A stretch of DNA of 64,000 nucleotides from a virus. The position numbers and the translations under genes were made by a program. The notes under the pieces were generated by a model. It did not search any database. It saw only the letters and a list, made by a program, of their open reading frames with translations, and had not been told where the DNA came from. Shown here in pieces: positions 45,993 to 53,903 of the stretch (position 1 is the stretch's first letter; each line of letters starts with the position of its first letter). Location of the stretch: IMG/VR virus record IMGVR_UViG_3300050343_000261. The stretch is one strand, 5' to 3'.

Positions 45993-46645
45993 ACAAAAAT
46001 GTTTCGTGCTTCTGATCTAACACACGCAAAGGGTTTCCAAACTGATTCTTTTACAACAGTAGGATCAACCCACCAATCTTCATAAGAATTGCCACCATTA
46101 CAAACACAAGCACATACCAGTTGGTAACCAAGATCCTCTAAGAACTTACGTGAATGATCACGGATGGTGTCACCGTCCTTGTACGAGTCATGTTCAAAAG
46201 TGATGACGCTGGCACGGAATTCATCATGAGGGAATGCTTTGAGTGCATTGAACGTCACCTCAGGAGGTTCACAGTCAACAGAGAAGTAATCAACACGACC
46301 CTGCCACTTCTCTTTAGCGATTGCTTCGGAGTAATCAAACTTAGTGGCATCTGCTTCATAGCAGTGGTTTTGCCGTGCCATGTCTCCGTTGAAAACCTCA
46401 CACATTGAACGCTCAATCTCTACAGAGAAACCACGCCAACCAAATACGGTCTCAAGTAGGAAAGTATTACTCAAAGATTGAGGATGGTTAGCACCCACCT
46501 CAACATACTTACCATTCTTTTTTCCATTCAGCATAGTTAGGACAAACAAATCCTGGTATGCTTGAGAGAAATTTTGGAATACTTTGGTATGCCCCGTAAA
46601 AGTATGCTTCAGGGTATCGCGTTCATAGTTATACGTAGTGTTCAT
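45989..46645 (-). CDS. FkbM-like SAM-dependent methyltransferase
   Basis: FSQAYQD; YVEVGAN; SNT..LE..GW; DYFSVD; ITFEHD. Confidence 0.82.
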   Translation of the reverse strand: MNTTYNYERDTLKHTFTGHTKVFQNFSQAYQDLFVLTMLNGKKNGKYVEVGANHPQSLSNTFLLETVFGWRGFSVEIERSMCEVFNGDMARQNHCYEADATKFDYSEAIAKEKWQGRVDYFSVDCEPPEVTFNALKAFPHDEFRASVITFEHDSYKDGDTIRDHSRKFLEDLGYQLVCACVCNGGNSYEDWWVDPTVVKESVWKPFACVRSEARNIFV

Positions 46646-47742
46646 GCGCCCTCAAGGTTCTTGCCGATTTGTTGAATGATCCAATTGTAAGTTAGAGAGA
46701 TACCTTCTTCAAGGGTTTGTGAGTAATCCCAACCTAATTTCTCTCGGATTAGATCGTTGTTGGAGTTGCGTCCTCGAACACCTGTGTGAGGAACATCAAG
46801 ATGAATCTTAGTAACATCTTTACGTGCAACTTTTGCAGTGATTTCTGCCAGTTGGTTGATGGTGACCATCTCCTCAGATCCAATGTTCACAGGACCCATG
46901 AAGTCAGACTGCATCAGTCTCCAAGTCGCTTCGATGCATTCATCAATGAACAAGAAGGAACGAGTTTGTAAGCCATCTCCCCACACCTCGATAGATCCAC
47001 CCTGGAGCGGGAGGAAAGCGACTTTGCGGCAGATTGCAGCAGGTGCCTTCTCTTTTCCACCGTCCCAGGTTCCTTCAGGTCCGAAGATGTTGTGATAGCG
47101 AGCGACACGAACAGGAATCCCATGATTACGGTTGTAAGCAAAGAAAAGTCTTTCGCTAAAGAGTTTTTCCCATCCGTACTCCGAATCAGGAGCAGCAGGG
47201 TACGCAGATTCTTCACGGCAGTCTGGGTTATCAGGGTCTAATTGATTATGCTCAGGATACATGCAAGCAGAAGAACTGTAAAAGATCTTTGTGGGTTGAT
47301 CTTTCTTAGGACGATTTGCTACCGTCCACTCTTTGTCACGACCATCAAAGGTCTCATTGAATTTGTGGACTGACTGCAGCAGGTTCAAGTTGATGCTTGC
47401 AGAGTTATGCATGATGTCTGCATCATGCTCACCCGTGAAGATGTAACCAGCACCACCCATGTCGGCAGCAAACTGATAGATCTCATCAAAGGTGTCAATG
47501 TACTGGTAAGGAACAGAGTTATAAAAGTTACCCTGTTGACCCTTGTACTCAATTACACGTTCGACAAAAGTATAATCTCGCAGATCACCTTGGATGAATT
47601 CATCCGCTGCTGAATCTGAGAAGTCAGGAACCTTGAGGTCTACACCACGAACCCAATACCCTTCGGTCTTGAGTCGCTTGACCATATGACTACCGATGAA
47701 ACCACCGGCACCCAGGACCAATGCTCGCTTTTGTCTATCCAT
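46642..47742 (-). CDS. NAD-dependent epimerase, GDP-mannose 3',5'-epimerase-like
   Basis: GAGGFIG; AADMGGAG; YSSSAC; YGWEK; YHNIFGPEG; KAPAAICRK; GVRGRNS. Confidence 0.88.
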   Translation of the reverse strand: MDRQKRALVLGAGGFIGSHMVKRLKTEGYWVRGVDLKVPDFSDSAADEFIQGDLRDYTFVERVIEYKGQQGNFYNSVPYQYIDTFDEIYQFAADMGGAGYIFTGEHDADIMHNSASINLNLLQSVHKFNETFDGRDKEWTVANRPKKDQPTKIFYSSSACMYPEHNQLDPDNPDCREESAYPAAPDSEYGWEKLFSERLFFAYNRNHGIPVRVARYHNIFGPEGTWDGGKEKAPAAICRKVAFLPLQGGSIEVWGDGLQTRSFLFIDECIEATWRLMQSDFMGPVNIGSEEMVTINQLAEITAKVARKDVTKIHLDVPHTGVRGRNSNNDLIREKLGWDYSQTLEEGISLTYNWIIQQIGKNLEGA

Positions 47743-49043
47743 TAGTAATTTTCGGAAATGTAATTAGAAACAACCTCACCTATGTATTCTAACATAGGTT
47801 CAGTGATAACAGGACTACACCCAACAAAGAATACATTGTCTAGAACCTTACATGCATTTGGATAATTACTTGCAGGTTCAATATGACGGTATGCAGGGTG
47901 CATCAAAATATTACCAGCAAAATAGTTTCTTGTCTGGACTTTATTGCTCTCTAAATATTTTACGAGGCGGTGTTTATATTCTTCGCAGACAATAGGAACA
48001 CCAAACCAACTGGTCTCTGCATGCTCTTTCTCTTCAATAACCCGAGCACCAGGGATCTGACTGAAGATCTCGTGAAGTCTAGCTTTGTTGCTACGACGGA
48101 TGCGATGTATCTCGTTTTGCTTAGTCAGTTGTACCAACCCAATAGACCCTTGCAGGTCGGCAGGCTTGAGGTTGTATCCCTGAACGCCAAAGACATACTT
48201 ATGATCGACATCTTGATCGTACCCTTCCAACCAGCGGTCGAATCGTTGTCCACAGACACCGTTGGGCAATTTGTTTTGGGATCCTACACAATAACAACCT
48301 CTCCCCCACCATGCAAAAGACCTGGCGATCTGGACGATCTCCTCAATGTTGGAGGAAACCATCCCGCCTTCAATCGTGCTGATATGGTGCGCTGGATAGA
48401 AAGAACAAGACGCTGCGACGGCATGTTTGGTAAGCAACTCACCACGCCACTTGGAACCGAGAGAGTCACAGTTGTCAGCGATGTACCGCAGGTTATTCCT
48501 ATTGACAATCTCGATGAACTTATCGAAGTCATAGGGATTTCCCAGAACAGGAGACGAAAAAAGCGCCACGGTTCTAGGAGTGATCTTACTCTCTAGTTGA
48601 TCAAGATCCCAGTTGAGGTCATCATAATTGATGTCTACAAAAACTGGTGTAAGTCCATTCTGGATGATGGGATTGATAGTTGTGGGGAACCCACAGGTGC
48701 AGACGATGATCTCATCACCATCATGCCAATCAAAATACTTTTTTAGTGCAGCAATCATCACCAGGTTGGCAGATGATCCACTGTTCACCATCACAGAATA
48801 GTCAAACTCAAACTGCTTAGAGAATGCACGTTCAAATTTGTTGACTTCTTCACCAGCAGGCAACCATTTACCTTGGAGTAAGGTAGTGATGGCGGCAGCA
48901 GGTTCTTGATTATCCCAGTAAGGACCAGAATAATAAACATTATCACCTGGTTGCCATCCCCTGTTTGCCATGTAGGGAAATAGTTTTTCACCGTCCGCCT
49001 CTAAGGCATCGATGAAGTTCTCAACTTTCTTTCTTACGAACAT
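47742..49043 (-). CDS. rfbH: NDP-4-keto-6-deoxyhexose 3-dehydrase (RfbH/DdhC E1 type), DegT/DnrJ family
   Basis: YYSGP; NSGSSAN; SFYPAHH (His replaces the catalytic Lys); GRGCYC...C Fe-S motif; TRNYFAGN. Confidence 0.85.
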   Translation of the reverse strand: MFVRKKVENFIDALEADGEKLFPYMANRGWQPGDNVYYSGPYWDNQEPAAAITTLLQGKWLPAGEEVNKFERAFSKQFEFDYSVMVNSGSSANLVMIAALKKYFDWHDGDEIIVCTCGFPTTINPIIQNGLTPVFVDINYDDLNWDLDQLESKITPRTVALFSSPVLGNPYDFDKFIEIVNRNNLRYIADNCDSLGSKWRGELLTKHAVAASCSFYPAHHISTIEGGMVSSNIEEIVQIARSFAWWGRGCYCVGSQNKLPNGVCGQRFDRWLEGYDQDVDHKYVFGVQGYNLKPADLQGSIGLVQLTKQNEIHRIRRSNKARLHEIFSQIPGARVIEEKEHAETSWFGVPIVCEEYKHRLVKYLESNKVQTRNYFAGNILMHPAYRHIEPASNYPNACKVLDNVFFVGCSPVITEPMLEYIGEVVSNYISENY

Positions 49044-49888
49044 AACGACTCCACAATTTCAACAGTGTCCATACTTGGCATGAATCCTAATTCTCGAAGC
49101 TTAGTAGTGTCAAGATAAAAGTCTTGTGTCTGGACATCATTATGAAATTTGGGAGGATCAATCATATCTATGGCAGAACGACTGCTCAAAATAGGTACTG
49201 CTGCATCAACAATATCAGCAATAGAAGTGGGTATCCCAGACCCAATATTGTAAGTGTCATTCAGGTCACCTTCAGTGATAACAGTTTTGATTGCACGACA
49301 GACATCATCAACATGCATGACATCACGATGATGACTACCACCATCATACAGAGCAATTGGTTTGTGCTCTCTCAATTGATTTATCATCCACATGATTGCA
49401 TTCTTCTGGCGTGATGCCTTGGGATCATGTCCCATCACATTACACAGACGAAGGATGCGGTACTTCATACTGTACACATCACAGAATGATTTGATTAGAT
49501 CTTCTGCACACTTCTTAGTGATGCTATAGAACCCAGTTGGGTTACAAGAATCTGACTCATGAGCAGGGATTTCACACCCCTTACCATATACAAACCATGA
49601 AGAGATAAAGTTGAACTCAATATCTTCATTGCGACAGTGCTCTAATACATCGCAAAGGAGACGAAGATTAGTGTCAACATCTAAGTTGAGATCTTTGTGA
49701 ACATTATAGTTGTCCACCGTAGAGATCATGTAAAGAATCTTCTTAGATTGTGGTTTGTATTCATCGCGTTCCTGTACCAACGTATCAGGAAACATCTCAG
49801 CATACCTACCACCAACAAACCCAGGTCCATAAAGACTTACTGGACTGTTGTAGGACTTTAGGTCAGTCCCCATCGTTCTAAGTACCAT
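49034..49888 (-). CDS. NAD-dependent epimerase/dehydratase
   Basis: ISSWFVYG; YSITK; LRLCNV; RDVMHVDD. Confidence 0.85.
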   Translation of the reverse strand: MVLRTMGTDLKSYNSPVSLYGPGFVGGRYAEMFPDTLVQERDEYKPQSKKILYMISTVDNYNVHKDLNLDVDTNLRLLCDVLEHCRNEDIEFNFISSWFVYGKGCEIPAHESDSCNPTGFYSITKKCAEDLIKSFCDVYSMKYRILRLCNVMGHDPKASRQKNAIMWMINQLREHKPIALYDGGSHHRDVMHVDDVCRAIKTVITEGDLNDTYNIGSGIPTSIADIVDAAVPILSSRSAIDMIDPPKFHNDVQTQDFYLDTTKLRELGFMPSMDTVEIVESLCS

Positions 49889-50805
49889 GAGACAGTTGTA
49901 CGTAGTCCATATTCAAAGTCAGTACGGGGTTTCCACCCAGTACACTTAGTAAGTTTATCATAATTTATGCCATAACGCTTGTCTTGACCAGGTCTTTCAT
50001 GGGATATCCCAATAAGATCATATGGTTTTTTCAAAAGATCCAGGATTTTCTTAGTCACATCAATGTTTCTCATCTCACAACCACCACCAATGTTGAAATG
50101 ATCGTTGATTACACCTTGTTCTTCCAGTGACCAGATTGCTTCACAATGATCCTTGACATACAACCAGTCACGGACCTGTTGACCACCCCCATACATGTAA
50201 GTAACATCGTCTATCAATGCACGACCGATAACTTTTGGAATAAGTTTTTCTACGTGCTGACGCAGACCATAGTTATTACTACAGTTAGTGATTAGGTATG
50301 GGAGATCATATGTATTGTGCCAAGTCTTGACATAATGATCTGATGCTGCTTTGCTTGCAGAGTATGGATTCTTAGGATTGTATGGAGTCTCTTCTGTGAA
50401 CAGTTCTGTATCGTCATAGTCCAGAGATCCATACACCTCATCAGTAGAGATGTGATGGAACTTATCAACCTCCACGTTCAATGAAGCATTGAGGAGATTG
50501 ATAGTACCTACAACATTTGCCTCTAGGAAAGGTCGATAGTTAGCGATGCTATTATCTACGTGACTTTCTGCCGCAAAATGCCAGATCTTTCTAGGTTTAT
50601 ATTTTTCAAATAGAAACAACACATGATCTTCATTTGAGATGTCACACCACTCAAACTTTACCTGCTTTGTAACAGGAATGAATCTCATGTCACCAGCGTA
50701 AGTGAGATTATCAAGCACGACAATAGGTTCTGACGTTTTCTCAGTGAGAAAATGTAAAAAGTTACTGCCGATGAAACCAGCACCGCCAGTCACCATGTAT
50801 GTCAT
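49858..50805 (-). CDS. rfbB: dTDP-glucose 4,6-dehydratase
   Basis: GGAGFIGSN; AAESHVD; STDEVYG; YSASK; NCSNNYG; RPGQDKRY. Confidence 0.92.
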   Translation of the reverse strand: MTYMVTGGAGFIGSNFLHFLTEKTSEPIVVLDNLTYAGDMRFIPVTKQVKFEWCDISNEDHVLFLFEKYKPRKIWHFAAESHVDNSIANYRPFLEANVVGTINLLNASLNVEVDKFHHISTDEVYGSLDYDDTELFTEETPYNPKNPYSASKAASDHYVKTWHNTYDLPYLITNCSNNYGLRQHVEKLIPKVIGRALIDDVTYMYGGGQQVRDWLYVKDHCEAIWSLEEQGVINDHFNIGGGCEMRNIDVTKKILDLLKKPYDLIGISHERPGQDKRYGINYDKLTKCTGWKPRTDFEYGLRTTVSWYLERWGLT

Positions 50806-51167
50806 GTCAACATTTCCAAAAAGGTTGGTATGTGACGACCATAGTCGTCCTCTATTCTGACAATATCTCTTTCACTACACTCTCCTCTCTGCACCTCAAT
50901 AAAAGTAAGACCTTCCTCACTTGCAGTAGCACGGTGCCGTTGCTCAATACCTATGGTAAAGCAACTACCAGGTCTAGCCTCGTAGTCAGAGTCTCCAAGC
51001 GTGACCGTACCTGAACCATCAATGATGACCCAGTGTTCAGATCTTTTTCTATGGAATTGAAGTGAGAAACGTTGCCCTGAATTGACGTGGATTTTTTTTA
51101 CTCTGTATCCTTCGCCGTCTTCAATAGTTTCATACCAACCCCAGGGGCGATTCTCTTTCATCCCCAC
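50802..51167 (-). CDS. Stand-alone mannose-6-phosphate isomerase type II / GMP cupin domain
   Basis: RPWGWY; SLQFHRKRSEHW; EVQRG...DIVRIEDDYGR. Confidence 0.88.
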   Translation of the reverse strand: MGMKENRPWGWYETIEDGEGYRVKKIHVNSGQRFSLQFHRKRSEHWVIIDGSGTVTLGDSDYEARPGSCFTIGIEQRHRATASEEGLTFIEVQRGECSERDIVRIEDDYGRHIPTFLEMLT

Positions 51168-51385
51168 ACGCCAGAATTTAGAAGATCGTATTCTAACTTA
51201 TCAATCAATACATTATAATTTTTGTCCTGGTCTTCGTAAAAATAAACTTCCTGATCTTTGTAGTGAGAAATTAGATTTTCATACAGAGAAGGATGCTCAT
51301 ATTCAAGATCTGTTTTTTCCTCTACTGCATCTACCAAGATCTTAGTATAGTTCTTGAATTTGGAAAGGAAGACTCCTCGGGACAT
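51158..51385 (-). CDS. Conserved cyanophage hypothetical protein
   Basis: LSKFKNYTKILVDAVEEKTDL..HPSLY; follows a consensus promoter. Confidence 0.6.
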   Translation of the reverse strand: MSRGVFLSKFKNYTKILVDAVEEKTDLEYEHPSLYENLISHYKDQEVYFYEDQDKNYNVLIDKLEYDLLNSGVWG

Positions 51386-51406
51386 TGTGGTAGTAAAGTT
51401 GTCTAT

Positions 51407-51442
51407 AGTATAAAGGACCCAGCGGATCCTGTCAATATTTAT
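51407..51442 (-). promoter_or_regulatory. Early promoter with adjacent late promoter, at the head of the glycosylation island
   Basis: ATAAATA overlapping TTGACA (51435-51430)-17 nt-TATACT (51412-51407). Confidence 0.75.
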
Positions 51443-51702
51443 CGTACGTCATACGACAATTTCTTGAAGTCTCGTTGCCGTCTCTGCTCTTGGAAGAGCA
51501 AGTCTTCGGGGGACAGGTAACTACTTTGTTTATGTACCTTGGATTCTTGCTTATGAATGGGGATCTCTACTACGAGTCCCATATCCATAGCAGTGATCTT
51601 ACCGTTACAAAACGAAAGACCATTAGGACACCCGCAAGTACAAAACTTACCGATGTCTTCAATTTCATTATTACATTGCAAACATTTTACTTTGAAATCC
51701 AT
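51439..51702 (-). CDS. Conserved small Cys-rich (Zn-binding) protein
   Basis: KVKCLQC...CTCGCPN; QRRQRDFKKLSYDVR. Confidence 0.65.
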   Translation of the reverse strand: MDFKVKCLQCNNEIEDIGKFCTCGCPNGLSFCNGKITAMDMGLVVEIPIHKQESKVHKQSSYLSPEDLLFQEQRRQRDFKKLSYDVR

Positions 51703-52280
51703 TAGACCGTTCGACCTCCTCCACTTCTACGTGCTTGGTGTGCTGCTTCTTTGGTACAGAATAATTGAACGGACATTCTTAGTCCGGCGTCCTTTTCACT
51801 AACAACAATAGGAGAGACAGCATGCCGTTCTTCTCCCTCATTGATTACCAGGGTATTTTTCTTTGGATATATTGAATGAAGGACATCAGTACCATTTTCC
51901 TTCCACATAAAAATACCACCGTGCTCAGGTGGCCAGTCCTTCAGGTGGAGGGTGGCACCATAAACATAGTCAGCATCGTTATGCCAGTTGATTCCAGACC
52001 CAGGCAACCATACATGATAGTTGATAGCAGTAGGAACAAACGGTAACCAAGGAGAAGTCTCATTACGAAGTCTCTTGTAGAGATCCGTACAAGGTTTTGC
52101 AGAAAGACAAAAACTCTTCATAGAAGAGGTCATCAAAGTTGCACCCCACTTCCACTTGCTGATACCCCAGCAGTCATGTTTCTTTTTTGCTTCAATCTCT
52201 TGAACGCAGAGATCAATCAGTTCAGGAGAAACGGGATAGTCAATGATTCGCATTACGAATTTCTTCCAAGTTTTGATCAA
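51702..52280 (-). CDS. 2OG-Fe(II) oxygenase (prolyl hydroxylase-like)
   Basis: INWHND; GATLHL..W....GG.F; HAVSP; RMSVQLF. Confidence 0.85.
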   Translation of the reverse strand: MIKTWKKFVMRIIDYPVSPELIDLCVQEIEAKKKHDCWGISKWKWGATLMTSSMKSFCLSAKPCTDLYKRLRNETSPWLPFVPTAINYHVWLPGSGINWHNDADYVYGATLHLKDWPPEHGGIFMWKENGTDVLHSIYPKKNTLVINEGEERHAVSPIVVSEKDAGLRMSVQLFCTKEAAHQARRSGGGRTV

Positions 52281-52908
52281 AAATTTCGAGTCCCTTATCC
52301 GTCAGCACATGATTGAACATTTTTTCAAACACTGCCGGGGGCATGGTTACTACGCTTGCACCGTTGTAGAAACAACGAGAAACTTTATACACATCACGAA
52401 GTGATGCTGCTAAGACTTCAGTACGAACACCCTGACGAGCATAGACCTCAGAAATAGAACGGACAAGTTCTAAACCACTAATACTGTTGTCATCATAGCG
52501 ACCCACAAACGGAGAAACATAATATGCACCTGCTTTAGCAGCAAGGATTGCTTGTGATGCAGCAAAAATCAAAGTGACATTGACTCTAATAAGATCACGT
52601 GATAGTTCTTTACATACCCAAAGTCCATCAGGTGTGCAAGGTACCTTTATAGTAGCACACTTTCCAAACTTAGTAGATAAACGTCTTCCTTCTTCAAGCA
52701 TTTCCATGGCGTTACCACCCACTTCCATACTAATGTCAGGGAGACCCATGTCTGCTAGTTCTTGATAAACATCATCAGGACATTTACCACTTTTTAGCAT
52801 GAGTGTAGGGTTAGTAGTTACCCCATCAATCAACCCACTTGGCAGATACTGATTGATAATATCGGTGTCAGCAGTATCCAGAAAAATCTTCATAGTAATC
52901 AAGATCAC
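52240..52908 (-). CDS. talC: Transaldolase (TalC/FSA type)
   Basis: KIFLDTAD; GVTTNPTL; IKVP; NVTLIF; YVSPFVGR; LAASLR. Confidence 0.96.
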   Translation of the reverse strand: MILITMKIFLDTADTDIINQYLPSGLIDGVTTNPTLMLKSGKCPDDVYQELADMGLPDISMEVGGNAMEMLEEGRRLSTKFGKCATIKVPCTPDGLWVCKELSRDLIRVNVTLIFAASQAILAAKAGAYYVSPFVGRYDDNSISGLELVRSISEVYARQGVRTEVLAASLRDVYKVSRCFYNGASVVTMPPAVFEKMFNHVLTDKGLEIFDQNLEEIRNANH

Positions 52909-52955
52909 TTGTTATATATCATATATAAAATAGGTACAATTTCTAAGGGTATGCA

Positions 52956-53450
52956 ATGAAAAGATTACTTTTTATTGTGGCATTACTCAGTATGGGTAGT
53001 GCTGCTAGAGCAGACCTGACACACCGTATTACATCATCAGTTCAATTGACAGTTGATGCTGCCGCAACCAATGTGCAGCGGATTGGTAACTCTCTCAGTG
53101 TCTCCGGTAACGGAGTGACCACCTCAGACGGCACCACAGCAGGTGTAGTAGGTGGTCTTGGAACTGTTGGGTCTAATGGTGTTGCAGCTCCACCATCAAT
53201 CACAGCAACTCAACAAACTGCAGGGAGTGCTTTCTCCTTCAGTTCTTCTTATACCGCCGGGGATGCAATCGTAACTACAGCTCCTACTGTTGGTGCGGTG
53301 AATGCTTATTCAAATCAAACTAGCACTGCTGTTGGTGTTGCTGGTGATTTAGCAGGTACTATTACAAGTGCTGGCGTAATTGGTTTGACCGCAGGCGGCG
53401 GTGGCACCAGTGCCACAGGACAAGTAGTAACTGAAATCACGGTTCGGTAA
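52956..53450 (+). CDS. Secreted-type Thr/Gly-rich hypothetical protein
   Basis: Signal peptide MKRLLFIVALLSMGSAARA; beta-rich low-complexity body. Confidence 0.7.
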   Translation: MKRLLFIVALLSMGSAARADLTHRITSSVQLTVDAAATNVQRIGNSLSVSGNGVTTSDGTTAGVVGGLGTVGSNGVAAPPSITATQQTAGSAFSFSSSYTAGDAIVTTAPTVGAVNAYSNQTSTAVGVAGDLAGTITSAGVIGLTAGGGGTSATGQVVTEITVR

Positions 53451-53903
53451 ATGTATAAAATACTGGCGACATTGGCGTTGCTTAGTATTGCCTCACCAGT
53501 GTATTCCGTGCCGGTAGTGCCCAACTTCACACAGGGCTCCATGACTAGCCACACGGAAACCACTTCAAAGGTATCTGAAACGATCAACTCTATAGATTAT
53601 TCAACAGGATGGGAATACTCAGTAACGGGAACAAACGTGGACAACGGAGGACAATCTCTAACTCCACCTGCAAATACATCAACAGTAACAGTGACCCCCA
53701 TGGGGGGAGTCGAAGGACAAGTAACATCGACCCAGTCTGCGTTGAATTTCAACAACAGTCCAGCATTCAAAATAACAAATCCAGGAGAAGCGTTTCAGTT
53801 CACTCAGACATATCGAGGACCAGGAATCTCAAATCAAACTGTGATCCAAAGGGTCACGGAGGTCACCAGCGTAACCGACACCACAAGTATCTTTACCCAG
53901 TAG
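53451..53903 (+). CDS. Secreted-type hypothetical protein (VPVVPNFTQG)
   Basis: Signal peptide; VPVVPNFTQGSMTS; FQFTQTYRGPG. Confidence 0.7.
   Translation: MYKILATLALLSIASPVYSVPVVPNFTQGSMTSHTETTSKVSETINSIDYSTGWEYSVTGTNVDNGGQSLTPPANTSTVTVTPMGGVEGQVTSTQSALNFNNSPAFKITNPGEAFQFTQTYRGPGISNQTVIQRVTEVTSVTDTTSIFTQ

Noticed and set aside
50802-51450. manA or wcaG RNA motifs near the sugar genes
   Set aside because: No recognisable match by eye; the intergenic space is short and explained by the promoter. A cmscan run would settle it.
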